DNA of 64,000 bases, taken from positions 11,216-75,215 of the forward strand of contig CAMYZE010000006.1 of the NCBI GenBank assembly GCA_947303805.1. The letters run 5' to 3'. Of this stretch, positions 54,562 to 64,000 are shown piece by piece (the first letter of the stretch is position 1; each line of letters starts with the position of its first letter). The notes under the pieces were generated by a model, which ran no database searches, was not told the DNA's origin, and saw only the letters and a list, made by a program, of their open reading frames with translations. This DNA is from an uncultured Clostridia bacterium (GTDB taxonomy: Bacteria; Bacillota; Clostridia; Lachnospirales; Lachnospiraceae). Both the position numbers and the translations under genes were made by a program.

Positions 54562-55732
54562 GACTAAGAATAAAAGAAATATCAAAATTGAAATTATAAG
54601 GCTTATAGCCTGCATGGCAGTTATATGGTATCACATAAGAGAGTTGCCTTGGAAAACCAATGGTGAACTTAGTGAGACCGCAGTTTTTTTTGAATGTGTG
54701 TGCACAATATGCGTTATGACTTTCTTCCTTATCACGGGATTTTTTATTTACAATAGGAATGGCACTATACTTGAAAACTGGGGCTATTTGATAAAAAAGT
54801 TTTTTAGCCAAGTATTTATTTTTTTTATTTTGGTTTGCATTTTCACTATAGTATTTCATGAATTCCTTATATCAAGAGAGAGTTTTCTATATTGTATACA
54901 AAATGCTTCTTTAAGCAAGATAGCCACTACGCTTTTTGATAGTTTTAGGTACTTCTCGGCAAATTATTTGCCTGGTACAGCAGCGCATCTCTGGTATATT
55001 TTTTCTTATGCTATTATAATCATAGCTTATCCTATAACTAAGTTTATAATAGAAAAGTTTCCCAAATATATAACTTATATCATTTTAGTGATTTTGACAA
55101 TATTCATGATTATAAATGACTACTATTTGTTTTATGGAAATCCGTCATATAATCTAATATTTAAAATAATACATAAGCCAATATACTATAGTGTATGGGG
55201 ATATGTTCTCTATAATGATATAATAAAAAAAAATGTCGATGAGAGACTAAAGAAGACAAGAAATAAAAAAAAGATATTGATTATTAATAAACCTTTATGT
55301 TTTATATCAGTACTAATGTATGCAATTACCTTTATTCTACTTTTTAAAACTCAGGTCGCATATGATCTTGGAACTAATGGTGAGTATGTTTATACTTCTT
55401 GGCTTAGTACTTATTCATTATTTTTAACCACAGGGTTTATATTATTCATATATAATTTAAATATTGATAGATTTTTAAATGAAAAAATTAATAATATTAT
55501 ATATTATTTATCTAGCAAGACCTTAGGAATATATATGATACATTATTTGGTTATTACTAAGTTTTTGTCTATAGGATTCCAAAGTATGTTCACAAATAAT
55601 AGACCTAATTTTTTATACCACTTGATATATTATATATTTTATAGTTTGTTTATATTTATTGTGTCATTTGTTATTTTGTTGATTATAGAGTTTATAGTTA
55701 ATAGTATAAAGTCTTTAATAATGAAGAGGTGA
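54554..55732 (+). CDS. Acyltransferase family 3 integral membrane protein
   Basis: 392 aa with about 10 TM helices. The N-terminal IEIIRLIACMAVIWYH pattern is typical of acyltransferase_3. Confidence 0.65.
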   Translation: MSKTKNKRNIKIEIIRLIACMAVIWYHIRELPWKTNGELSETAVFFECVCTICVMTFFLITGFFIYNRNGTILENWGYLIKKFFSQVFIFFILVCIFTIVFHEFLISRESFLYCIQNASLSKIATTLFDSFRYFSANYLPGTAAHLWYIFSYAIIIIAYPITKFIIEKFPKYITYIILVILTIFMIINDYYLFYGNPSYNLIFKIIHKPIYYSVWGYVLYNDIIKKNVDERLKKTRNKKKILIINKPLCFISVLMYAITFILLFKTQVAYDLGTNGEYVYTSWLSTYSLFLTTGFILFIYNLNIDRFLNEKINNIIYYLSSKTLGIYMIHYLVITKFLSIGFQSMFTNNRPNFLYHLIYYIFYSLFIFIVSFVILLIIEFIVNSIKSLIMKR

Positions 55733-55736
55733 TGGT

Positions 55737-56222
55737 ATGACTAAAAGAAAAGATTATTTAAAATGGGATGAGTACTTTATGGGCCTTGCAGTCCTCGCTA
55801 GTCTTAGGAGTAAAGATCCAAATACTCAAGTCGGTTGTTGTCTAGTTGATTCGGATAACCGTGTTTTATCTCTTGGATATAATGGTTTCCCTATAGGATG
55901 TAGTGATGATGAGTTTCCATGGGACAGAGAGGGCAAAACTTCTTATGATACGAAGTATAATTATGTTTGTCATGCAGAGTTAAATGCTATATTAAATTAT
56001 AAAGGCAATTCATTAAAGGGTGCCAAGGCTTATGTCAATCAATTTCCTTGCAATGAATGTGCAAAAGCTATAATACAGTCAGGAATAAAGACAATTATTT
56101 TTTTAGATGATAAATATGCAAATAGTGATGGCGTAAAGTCTTCAAAGAGAATGTTTGATGCCGCGGGTGTAAAATATAAAAAGTTTAAAGCCTTAAATAA
56201 AGAAATTAAAATCAATTTATGA
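55737..56222 (+). CDS. comEB: dCMP deaminase (ComEB-like)
   Basis: It has the CHAELNAI and PCNECAKAI zinc motifs and begins WDEYFM. Confidence 0.85.
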   Translation: MTKRKDYLKWDEYFMGLAVLASLRSKDPNTQVGCCLVDSDNRVLSLGYNGFPIGCSDDEFPWDREGKTSYDTKYNYVCHAELNAILNYKGNSLKGAKAYVNQFPCNECAKAIIQSGIKTIIFLDDKYANSDGVKSSKRMFDAAGVKYKKFKALNKEIKINL

Positions 56223-56977
56223 TTATAAATGACTATAATATCAATTATATAGATAGTGGAAGTGGACAGGCAGTCCTTTTGCTTCATGGATGGGGTTCAA
56301 ATTTAAAGAGTTTCACAAGTTTAATTAATTTACTTAAAACAAAATATAGAGTACTGGCCTTAGACTATCCAGGATTTGGAGAAAGCGACATTTTAAAAAA
56401 AAGTTTTACCGTTGATGACTATTGTGATATTGTTGTAGAGTTTTTAAAAAATCTAGAAGTTAAAAGTGTTATACTTGTTGGACACTCATATGGTGGAAGA
56501 ATCATTCTTAAACTTAATAATAGAAAAAATCTGCCATTTGCAATAGAAAAAAATGTGCTCATTGATGCCGCTGGGTTAAAAGATAAAAAAGATTTAAGAA
56601 TTAAATTTAAAGTCGCTACATTTAAGTCATTAAAATATATATTTAATTTACTGCCAATTAGTAAAGTGAAAAAAGACGAGATGATTAAAGCGCTAAGAAA
56701 GAAGTTTGGTTCAAGTGACTATGCTAATGCACCTAAAGTTTTACAAGATACACTGGTAAAGTCAGTTAATGAAGACTTAACTTGGTGCCTAGATAATATG
56801 AAGGAAAGTCTAATTATATGGGGCGACAAAGATACAGTGACACCTCTATGGATGGCAAAACTAATGGAAACTAGGATAAGAAATTCAGGAATTGTATTAT
56901 TAAATGGAGGACATTTTTCTTATTTGGATGACCCTGTTACGTTCTCGAAAGTTATAATTTCATATTTTAATTTATAA
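56219..56977 (+). CDS. Alpha/beta hydrolase
   Basis: It has HGWGS, the nucleophile elbow GHSYGG, and a C-terminal GGH. Confidence 0.7.
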   Translation: MIINDYNINYIDSGSGQAVLLLHGWGSNLKSFTSLINLLKTKYRVLALDYPGFGESDILKKSFTVDDYCDIVVEFLKNLEVKSVILVGHSYGGRIILKLNNRKNLPFAIEKNVLIDAAGLKDKKDLRIKFKVATFKSLKYIFNLLPISKVKKDEMIKALRKKFGSSDYANAPKVLQDTLVKSVNEDLTWCLDNMKESLIIWGDKDTVTPLWMAKLMETRIRNSGIVLLNGGHFSYLDDPVTFSKVIISYFNL

Positions 56978-58746
56978 TGAATAGTATAATATCAAAAATT
57001 AATATTGAGCTAAAAAGAGTATTTAAAGAGCATGGGTATGATGATACCTATGCATTTATTTCTATATCAAATAGGCCAGAACTTGCAGATTATCAGATTA
57101 ATTCTTGTTTCAATATAGCTAAACTAATTAAAAAGAATCCTATCGAAGTTGCGAACGATGTTGCTGAATTAGTTAAAGATTTAAAAGTCGACAATATAAA
57201 TGCATTTGTCAAATGCGAGGCTTGTCCACCTGGATTTGTAAATCTCATACTTAATGATAAACTTTTGATTTTAAGTGTGGAAGATATGTTAAGTGACATT
57301 GCACTTGGTATAGCTGGTAAAGATATACTTCCAGTGGATGCACCTAAATGTATTTTACTTGACTATGGCGGCGCTAATGTTGCTAAACCTTTGCACGTTG
57401 GGCACTTAAGAGTTGCAGTTATAGGCGAAGCGTTAAAAAGATTATATAATCGCCTTGGCATAAAGACTATATCAGATGTTCACCTTGGTGATTTTGGACT
57501 TCAAATGGGACTTGTCATAGAAGAACTTAAAGACGAAAATATGGTAGATTCATTTTCAATAACTGACCTTGAAACTATTTATCCGAAAGCTTCTTTAAGG
57601 GCAAAGGGCGATAAGAATAAAAATATAGAACCTGATTTGGAGTTTAATGATAGGGCACATGAAGCCACTAAAAAACTTCAAAACAATATAGAGCCAGAGA
57701 CTACAATTTGGAAAAAAATATTAAAGGTAAGTATTGATGATTTAAAGATAAGATATGGCGAGTTAAATGTATTCTTTGATTATTATTATGGCGAATCAAC
57801 TGTCAAGGACATTATGGGTCCTATGGTTGATACTATGATAAAGAAAGGCATTGCATATGAGTCGGAGGGAGCATACGTAATAGATGTAAAAGAGGATACT
57901 GATAAAAAAGAAATGCCCCCATGTATAGTTAGGAAAAGTGATGGGGCAGTCCTATATGCCACATCGGATCTTGCAACTATAATGTTTAGAGAAGAAAATT
58001 TTGACGTAGATGAATATGTATATGTTGTTGACAAAAGACAAAACTTACATTTGACTCAATGTTTCAGAGCTTCTAAAAAAGCAGGTCTCTTAAAGAAAGA
58101 TAAAGTTTTTCATCATGTAGAAGTTGGGACTATGAATGGAAAAGATGGCAAGGCTTTAAAGTCAAGAGATGGAGGCGTTTTTAAATTAGAGACTCTCATC
58201 AAAGATGCAAAGGACAAGGCATTAAATCAATTAAAAGATAATAATAGAGATTTAAATGGTTTAGATGAAAACGACATTGCCAAAAAAATAGGCATCGCTG
58301 CACTTAAGTATGGTGATTTGTCAAATAGTCCTACAAGAGATTATATTTTTGATTTGGAAAAGTTTTTATCATTCCAAGGTAATACCGGTCCATATATTCT
58401 ATATACATTGGTTAGAATAAAGTCGATATTTGAAAAAATAGGTATTAGTAAGATTGATAAAGTAAATGATGTAAAATGTGATGCAATTGTTCATAACATA
58501 TTTTTGAAAGCTATTAAATACGGAGACATTTTACTGGATGCATATAAGAATTACGACACAAGTATCATCTGTAAGTATATATATGAGTTATCGGATGATT
58601 TTAATTCATTCTATCATGAACATAGTATAATTAATGAAACTGATGAACATAAAAAGTTATTATATATAGTGGTATGTAGTATAGTTGATAGGATAGTGAG
58701 AGATGCTCTCTCTATACTCGCTATTGAAATACCAGACAAAATGTAA
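56977..58746 (+). CDS. argS: Arginine--tRNA ligase
   Basis: It has the class I HIGH-type motif ANVAKPLHVGHLR. The 589-aa size and anticodon-binding tail fit. Confidence 0.85.
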   Translation: MNSIISKINIELKRVFKEHGYDDTYAFISISNRPELADYQINSCFNIAKLIKKNPIEVANDVAELVKDLKVDNINAFVKCEACPPGFVNLILNDKLLILSVEDMLSDIALGIAGKDILPVDAPKCILLDYGGANVAKPLHVGHLRVAVIGEALKRLYNRLGIKTISDVHLGDFGLQMGLVIEELKDENMVDSFSITDLETIYPKASLRAKGDKNKNIEPDLEFNDRAHEATKKLQNNIEPETTIWKKILKVSIDDLKIRYGELNVFFDYYYGESTVKDIMGPMVDTMIKKGIAYESEGAYVIDVKEDTDKKEMPPCIVRKSDGAVLYATSDLATIMFREENFDVDEYVYVVDKRQNLHLTQCFRASKKAGLLKKDKVFHHVEVGTMNGKDGKALKSRDGGVFKLETLIKDAKDKALNQLKDNNRDLNGLDENDIAKKIGIAALKYGDLSNSPTRDYIFDLEKFLSFQGNTGPYILYTLVRIKSIFEKIGISKIDKVNDVKCDAIVHNIFLKAIKYGDILLDAYKNYDTSIICKYIYELSDDFNSFYHEHSIINETDEHKKLLYIVVCSIVDRIVRDALSILAIEIPDKM

Positions 58747-58753
58747 TATTTGT

Positions 58754-58782
58754 TTGACATCTATTTTATTATTTGATATAAT
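58754..58782 (+). promoter_or_regulatory. Promoter candidate for hppA
   Basis: TTGACA, a 17-nt spacer, then TATAAT. Confidence 0.65.
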
Positions 58783-58843
58783 AGAAAGGTTGAGCAAGAC
58801 AGCAAATGTTTTGCTTTTTGTTTTTATTTGAATTGGAGGAATT

Positions 58844-60922
58844 ATGAACATTCTAAAATTTGAGTCAGGAACATTAACTTTTGAGGCTATTAGGGGACCT
58901 CTTATGGTAGCAATAGTAATTGCTATACTTGCACTTGTATTTGCATTTGTCCTGACAACACTTGTGTCAAAAGAAGATGAGGGCACAGATAAAATGAAAG
59001 AAATATCAGCAAGCATTAGGGAGGGTGCTAAAGCATTCTTGTTTGCTGAATATAGAATATTGTTGATTGTTATTGTAGTTTTATTTATTGCAATAATGAT
59101 GTTTACAGGTACAAGTACTGCACCTGGTTTACTATCAGCAATAAGTTTTCTTGTGGGAGCATGTTTTTCAATTCTTGCTGGTTACTTTGGTATGAATATA
59201 GCTACTAAAGCAAATGTAAGAACTGCAAATGGTGCTAAGACAGGAGGTATGAATAAGGCATTACTTATCGCCTTCCGTGGTGGTTCAGTAATGGGTATGT
59301 CAGTTGTTGGATTTGGACTTTTGGGTTGTGCTGCTATTTATTTTATAACTGGCAATTCAGAAATCCTTACAGGGTATTCTTTGGGTGCATCAACTATTGC
59401 GCTCTTTGCGAGAGTTGGTGGTGGCATATATACTAAGGCTGCAGATGTAGGAGCAGATATCGCAGGTAAAACTATAGAAGATTTACCAGAAGATGATCCA
59501 AGAAACCCTGCTGTTATAGCAGATAATGTAGGAGATAATGTTGGAGATGTAGCTGGTATGGGAGCAGATTTATTTGAGTCATATGTAGGCGCAATTATTT
59601 CTGCAATCACACTTTCTGTAGCATCACCAGCAATTGGAAATAGAGGAGTTATATTTACATTTGTGCTCGCTGCATCAGGAATAGTCGCTGCAATCATCAG
59701 TGCACAATTTGTAAGAGGAAATGGAAATCCACAAAAGGCACTTAACACTGGCACATATGTGTCATCTGTACTCGTGGTTATTGCTGCAATAGTATTTTCT
59801 AATTCAATTTTAGGAAATGTAAAGTATGGTGTATCTATAATTGCGGGACTCTTGGTTGGAGTAATCATAGGAAAGATAACAGAGGTTTACACTTCTGCAG
59901 ATTATAAATCAGTTAAACATATTGCAGAACAGTCAAATAAGGGTGGAGCAGCCACAACTATAATTTCAGGAATTGCAGTAGGTATGAAATCTACTTGGAT
60001 AACTATTGTCCTTATATGTTTAGCTACTATCATAGCTTATAATTTTGGAAGTCAAGTTGGTGGTATGGCAGGAGGACTTTATGGTATAGCGCTTGCTGCG
60101 GTTGGCATGCTCTCTACTACAGGAATAACTGTAGCAGTTGATGCTTATGGTCCAATTGCTGATAATGCCGGTGGTATTGCAGAAATGGCAGGACTTGACG
60201 AATCAGTGAGAGAGGTTACAGATACTCTTGACTCAGTTGGAAATACAACAGCAGCTATGGGAAAAGGTTTTGCTATAGGTTCAGCTGCACTTACAGCACT
60301 TGCATTATTTGTATCTTATGCAAATGCAGTTAGATTATTTGATGAAGGTATTAATATATTGGAACCAAATACTGTTGTAGGACTTTTAATTGGTGCTATG
60401 CTTCCATTCTTATTCTCAGCATTCACTATGGAGTCTGTATCTAAGGCAGCAGGAGATATGGTTACTGAAGTAGTAAGACAGATGGAACAAATCCCAGGAC
60501 TTAAAGAGGGAAATGCAAAAGCAGATTATAGAAGATGTGTTGAGATATCTACACATGCTTCTCTTAGAGAAATGGTACTTCCAGGACTTCTTGCAGTACT
60601 TGTACCAATTTTAGTTGGATGTATTCCATTCCTTGGCACTAAGGCACTCGGAGGCGTGCTTGCAGGTAGTCTTGCCTCAGGTGTATGTATGGCAATATTT
60701 ATGAGTAATGCTGGTGGCGCTTGGGACAATGCTAAAAAGTACATTGAACAAGGAGCATATGGAGGAAAAGGATCTGATACTCATAAAGCTGCAGTAGTTG
60801 GAGATACTGTAGGTGATCCATTTAAAGATACTTCTGGACCTTCAATAAATATTTTGATAAAACTCATGACCATTGTGTCACTTGTATTCGCGCCACTTTT
60901 CTTAAAGTTTGCAGGTATGTAG
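58844..60922 (+). CDS. hppA: Membrane-bound ion-translocating pyrophosphatase
   Basis: It has the motifs [27 protein letters not shown] and [15 protein letters not shown], with about 16 TM helices. Confidence 0.9.
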   Translation: MNILKFESGTLTFEAIRGPLMVAIVIAILALVFAFVLTTLVSKEDEGTDKMKEISASIREGAKAFLFAEYRILLIVIVVLFIAIMMFTGTSTAPGLLSAISFLVGACFSILAGYFGMNIATKANVRTANGAKTGGMNKALLIAFRGGSVMGMSVVGFGLLGCAAIYFITGNSEILTGYSLGASTIALFARVGGGIYTKAADVGADIAGKTIEDLPEDDPRNPAVIADNVGDNVGDVAGMGADLFESYVGAIISAITLSVASPAIGNRGVIFTFVLAASGIVAAIISAQFVRGNGNPQKALNTGTYVSSVLVVIAAIVFSNSILGNVKYGVSIIAGLLVGVIIGKITEVYTSADYKSVKHIAEQSNKGGAATTIISGIAVGMKSTWITIVLICLATIIAYNFGSQVGGMAGGLYGIALAAVGMLSTTGITVAVDAYGPIADNAGGIAEMAGLDESVREVTDTLDSVGNTTAAMGKGFAIGSAALTALALFVSYANAVRLFDEGINILEPNTVVGLLIGAMLPFLFSAFTMESVSKAAGDMVTEVVRQMEQIPGLKEGNAKADYRRCVEISTHASLREMVLPGLLAVLVPILVGCIPFLGTKALGGVLAGSLASGVCMAIFMSNAGGAWDNAKKYIEQGAYGGKGSDTHKAAVVGDTVGDPFKDTSGPSINILIKLMTIVSLVFAPLFLKFAGM

Positions 60923-60929
60923 TTTATAA

Positions 60930-60960
60930 GGGCAGGTTGAAAAATCTGCCCTATTTATTT
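60930..60960 (+). terminator. Rho-independent terminator candidate
   Basis: GGGCAG, a 10-nt loop, then CTGCCC, followed by TATTTATTTT. Confidence 0.55.
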
Positions 60961-60970
60961 TATAAGTTTT

Positions 60971-61603
60971 ATGATAAAAAAGATTTTTATAAAAGTTAAT
61001 AGTGCATTATTTTTTATATTGCTATTCACTTTTCTTTTTACAAAAACAAACTATAGTTATTTTTTCTCGTTTTATCCAGCAGAAAATGCTGAGAGCAAGG
61101 TAATTGTTATTACTGGAGATTCTTATGCGGGATATTTAGCTGGATTTGAATGTTACAAGGACTATAACTTTTTAATTTATGCAGATGCTGGGAAAAGTAC
61201 CAAAGAGAACTTTGATATGATGAAGGAAGCAGTAAATGCATATCCTGACACAGTTATAATATCACTAGGTGTAAATGACCATAATAAGCATGAGAAACCA
61301 GAAGATTTTTCAAATAGAATAGAAGAACTTATACTTATGTGCAAGGAAAATCAGAAAAGAGTAATATTGCACACTTATATGATTTATGATGACGATGAAT
61401 TTGATGGTGCGAAGAGCATATATACAGTTGTGGATTATGATAATGAACTTAAGAGACTTGGAAAAAAATATAGTAATACATTTTATATAGATATGTCTGA
61501 CTATAATAATGAGATATTTTGGCAGGAAGATAGGATTCATTACAACAAAATATTCTATGATGAGTTATATAGTCGAATATCAACTGCGCTTATGCTATTT
61601 TAA
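60971..61603 (+). CDS. SGNH/GDSL-like hydrolase with N-terminal membrane anchor
   Basis: It has VIVITGDSYAG (GDS block), SLGVNDH and DRIHYN (the DxxH-like block). Confidence 0.5.
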   Translation: MIKKIFIKVNSALFFILLFTFLFTKTNYSYFFSFYPAENAESKVIVITGDSYAGYLAGFECYKDYNFLIYADAGKSTKENFDMMKEAVNAYPDTVIISLGVNDHNKHEKPEDFSNRIEELILMCKENQKRVILHTYMIYDDDEFDGAKSIYTVVDYDNELKRLGKKYSNTFYIDMSDYNNEIFWQEDRIHYNKIFYDELYSRISTALMLF

Positions 61604-61606
61604 TAA

Positions 61607-62368
61607 ATGAAAACTAAAATTATTAAAATATTTATATTACTATTTGTTCTAATCTATGTGCCAAACATAGGTATGGCTGAAGTTATTCATCAAGAGAAAA
61701 TGATAGAAAAGGCCATTGCTGACAATAAGAATGATATGGCTGAAGAACTTAAAGATAAGTATCGGTTATTTAAAGATCTTATTGCTTCAAATGGTTCTTA
61801 TGAGGATGTGACATCAGGTTGGTTATATTTTGATAATAATAATGATAAATTGATGATAGGCAGTTCTGGCGCTGTATTTTGTGGCTATACAATGAAAAAA
61901 GAATTATTACATAAATATGGTTATGATTTAATTGGTTTTGGTGGAATTTTTGACGAAGACTTGGTTGACTTACTGACAATGATAAAACATAAAAAATATA
62001 GAAAAATAGTATTTTTTGGTGGAGTCAATGACTTAAATATTCGTGCTCTATATAAGTGTGATAATATAGATTTAAAGTACTGTATAGTTCTTCATATGAT
62101 GCTTGATGAAGCTCAAAATCATTTGATGGATAATCAATCACAAGTATACTATATTAAAATTAAGCCTATGACTTATAATAGAGACTTTGACGATGAAAGT
62201 TTTGTAAAAAGATACAATAATATGGCTAAGCAGATAAATGATAATGTAGAATTATTTGGATTTAAATCATATGACATACCTTTTGATACTGTACATAAGT
62301 ATACAGATCACTATATTCATTACAATAACAAGATGGTGTATGAGACAATGTTTAAAGATATAGGGTAG
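61607..62368 (+). CDS. Secreted or anchored protein, distantly SGNH-like
   Basis: It has a signal-like N-terminus. FFGGVNDL and HYIHYN blocks resemble SGNH blocks III and V, but no clear GDS block is present. Confidence 0.35.
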   Translation: MKTKIIKIFILLFVLIYVPNIGMAEVIHQEKMIEKAIADNKNDMAEELKDKYRLFKDLIASNGSYEDVTSGWLYFDNNNDKLMIGSSGAVFCGYTMKKELLHKYGYDLIGFGGIFDEDLVDLLTMIKHKKYRKIVFFGGVNDLNIRALYKCDNIDLKYCIVLHMMLDEAQNHLMDNQSQVYYIKIKPMTYNRDFDDESFVKRYNNMAKQINDNVELFGFKSYDIPFDTVHKYTDHYIHYNNKMVYETMFKDIG

Positions 62369-62417
62369 CGTTTCTTCAAAAAAATGGAAAAATGTGTTAT
62401 AATTATAAAGGAGAAAT

Positions 62418-63038
62418 ATGGAAGGGAAGCTTTTAGTAATATCAGGTTTGTCAGCTGCTGGCAAAGGCACAATAGCTAAAGAACTTGTTGATAGATTTGA
62501 TAATTTTGTGCTTTCAGTATCGGCAACAACCAGGGAAAAAAGAGGCAATGAGGTTGACGGAAAAGACTATTTTTTCATTTCTAAGGAAAAATTTGATGAG
62601 ATGATATCAAACGACGAGTTTCTAGAATATGCAAAATATGTGAATAACTATTACGGTACTCCCAAGAAGTATGTTGAAGATATGATAAAAAATGGCAAGA
62701 ATGTGATACTTGAGATTGAAATGCAGGGTGCTCTGCAGGTTAAAAAGATTTACGATAAGGCAGTCCTAGTATTTTTTCTACCAAAGGATGCAAAAACTCA
62801 GCGGGAGCGACTAATAAGTAGAAAGAGAGAAACGCTAGAGCAAATAGAGGAAAGAATAAGGCAAGCAATTGTAGATGCCGAATATGCAATTCATTATGAT
62901 TATGTGCTTGTAAATGAAAATATTGATGACTCTATAAAAGATATGCAAGAAATAGTTGACGGTAAGTATGATAAATATAAAAATAAAAAAAGTTTATTAA
63001 TTTTAGAACAAATTGTAAAGGATATAAAGGGGGAATAA
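62418..63038 (+). CDS. gmk: Guanylate kinase
   Basis: It has the P-loop GLSAAGKGT, TTR.KR..E.DG.DYFF, and YYGT. Confidence 0.85.
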   Translation: MEGKLLVISGLSAAGKGTIAKELVDRFDNFVLSVSATTREKRGNEVDGKDYFFISKEKFDEMISNDEFLEYAKYVNNYYGTPKKYVEDMIKNGKNVILEIEMQGALQVKKIYDKAVLVFFLPKDAKTQRERLISRKRETLEQIEERIRQAIVDAEYAIHYDYVLVNENIDDSIKDMQEIVDGKYDKYKNKKSLLILEQIVKDIKGE

Positions 63039-63039
63039 T

Positions 63040-63264
63040 ATGTTTGAACCATCAGGACAAGAATTAATTAACATCGCAAATGAAAGTATATTGAATGAAA
63101 ATGAGAAAATTAAAAGTAAATATACTGTAATTATTGCTGCGGCTAAGAGAGCAAGACAATTAGTAGATGATAAGGATGAGAGAGTTGAAGAAGGTGCTAA
63201 CCCACTTACTGTTGCTATTGATGAAATAAAAAACAAAGAAGTGAAGATAGAACCGGAAGCATAG
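63040..63264 (+). CDS. rpoZ: DNA-directed RNA polymerase subunit omega
   Basis: 74 aa with KYTVIIAAAKRARQL, in the conserved position after gmk. Confidence 0.8.
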   Translation: MFEPSGQELINIANESILNENEKIKSKYTVIIAAAKRARQLVDDKDERVEEGANPLTVAIDEIKNKEVKIEPEA

Positions 63265-63269
63265 TAACT

Positions 63270-64000
63270 ATGAAGTGCTGTTTCATAACTTTAGGATGTG
63301 ATAAAAATACAGTTGATTCTGAAAAGATTTTTAAGTTATTTATTGATAAGTATAAATGTGAAATAGTTTTAAATCCTGAAGATGCGGACATAGTTATATT
63401 GAATACTTGTGCTTTTATAAAAGATGCCAAAAAAGAGAGCATTGACTATATTAATTACTTAGTTTCACTTAAGAAAAAGAATAAAATTAAGAAGATACTT
63501 GTGACTGGATGTCTTGTCTCAGAAAATAATAAGACTGGTGAATATAGTGAGCTTTTTAAGGATGTAGATGTATCCTTGAAACTTTCGGAATATGTATCTA
63601 ATTTAGATAATGTAAATGATAGGGTGAGTGACATCCTATCATTTTCTTCGTTTTTAAAGATATGTGATGGTTGTAATAAGTATTGCTCATATTGTATAAT
63701 TCCTTATCTCAGAGGCAATTTAAAAAGCAACACCATAGAAAACTTGTTAAAAGAAACCAAGAAACTAGCCAAAAATGGAACAAAAGAATTAAATATTGTT
63801 GGTCAAGACGTTCTTGCCTATGGAATGGACTTGAAGCATAGCAAGAGTTTAGATTTAGATAAAGAAAAGCCAATAGTTACATTGATTAATGAAATATCTA
63901 AGATTGATGGTATTGAGTGGATTAGGCTTTTATATTGTTATCCGGAAGAGATAGATGATTCGGTTATTACTCTAATAAAAAATAATGATAAGGTTTTGCC
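63270..64000 (+). CDS. rimO: MiaB/RimO-family radical SAM methylthiotransferase, 3' end cut by window edge
   Basis: My own translation from the ATG at 63270 gives MKCCFITLGCDKNTVDSEKI...ADIVILNTCAF, then the radical SAM motif CDGCNKYCSYC. The frame is open to the window end. Confidence 0.7.
   Translation, partial: MKCCFITLGCDKNTVDSEKIFKLFIDKYKCEIVLNPEDADIVILNTCAFIKDAKKESIDYINYLVSLKKKNKIKKILVTGCLVSENNKTGEYSELFKDVDVSLKLSEYVSNLDNVNDRVSDILSFSSFLKICDGCNKYCSYCIIPYLRGNLKSNTIENLLKETKKLAKNGTKELNIVGQDVLAYGMDLKHSKSLDLDKEKPIVTLINEISKIDGIEWIRLLYCYPEEIDDSVITLIKNNDKVL

Overview
This is a low-GC, Clostridia-like Firmicute chromosome segment. Every gene I can support lies on the + strand, and I saw no rRNA, tRNA, CRISPR array, transposase or integrase.

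Bases 1-40,150 form a large anaerobic redox and metal-cofactor supercluster:
- A 10-gene Mrp/Mbh-ordered membrane antiporter module with four NuoL/M/N-like subunits.
- A polytopic membrane protein, followed by a Moco-type riboswitch.
- A selenocysteine formate dehydrogenase. The ORF track splits it at an in-frame TGA, and a SECIS hairpin follows that TGA.
- A tandemly duplicated [FeFe]-hydrogenase + 2x[4Fe-4S] ferredoxin module.
- Mo/W cofactor genes: a molybdopterin-binding protein, mop, fdhD, tupABC and two moeA.
- Two complete FecCD/BtuCDF-type ABC importers flanking a nitrogenase-like NifH/NifD/NifK-type trio.
- A TM1266-like regulator with hydE and hydF, then cupin, rubrerythrin and rubredoxin genes.

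Two about 165-nt leaders, upstream of mop and tupA, share a gap-free conserved core, a covarying hairpin and terminator platforms. They look like an unassigned riboswitch class tied to Mo/W homeostasis. A short REP-like repeat (GTAGGGGCGAG-N5-CGAGCCC) is scattered through the intercistronic gaps of this supercluster.

Bases 40,150-46,340 hold an accessory-looking block: an orphan secreted protein plus a tightly packed operon encoding a BspA-type LRR protein, a VWA/DUF2201 protein and a MoxR-like AAA+ ATPase. The remainder is housekeeping (mecA, ferredoxin, lepB, M18 aminopeptidase, trigger-factor-like lipoprotein, DHOase-like protein, GH18, tsaC, acyltransferase, comEB, hydrolase, argS, hppA, SGNH proteins, gmk, rpoZ, rimO).

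All family assignments come from reading motifs by eye. No database search was run.
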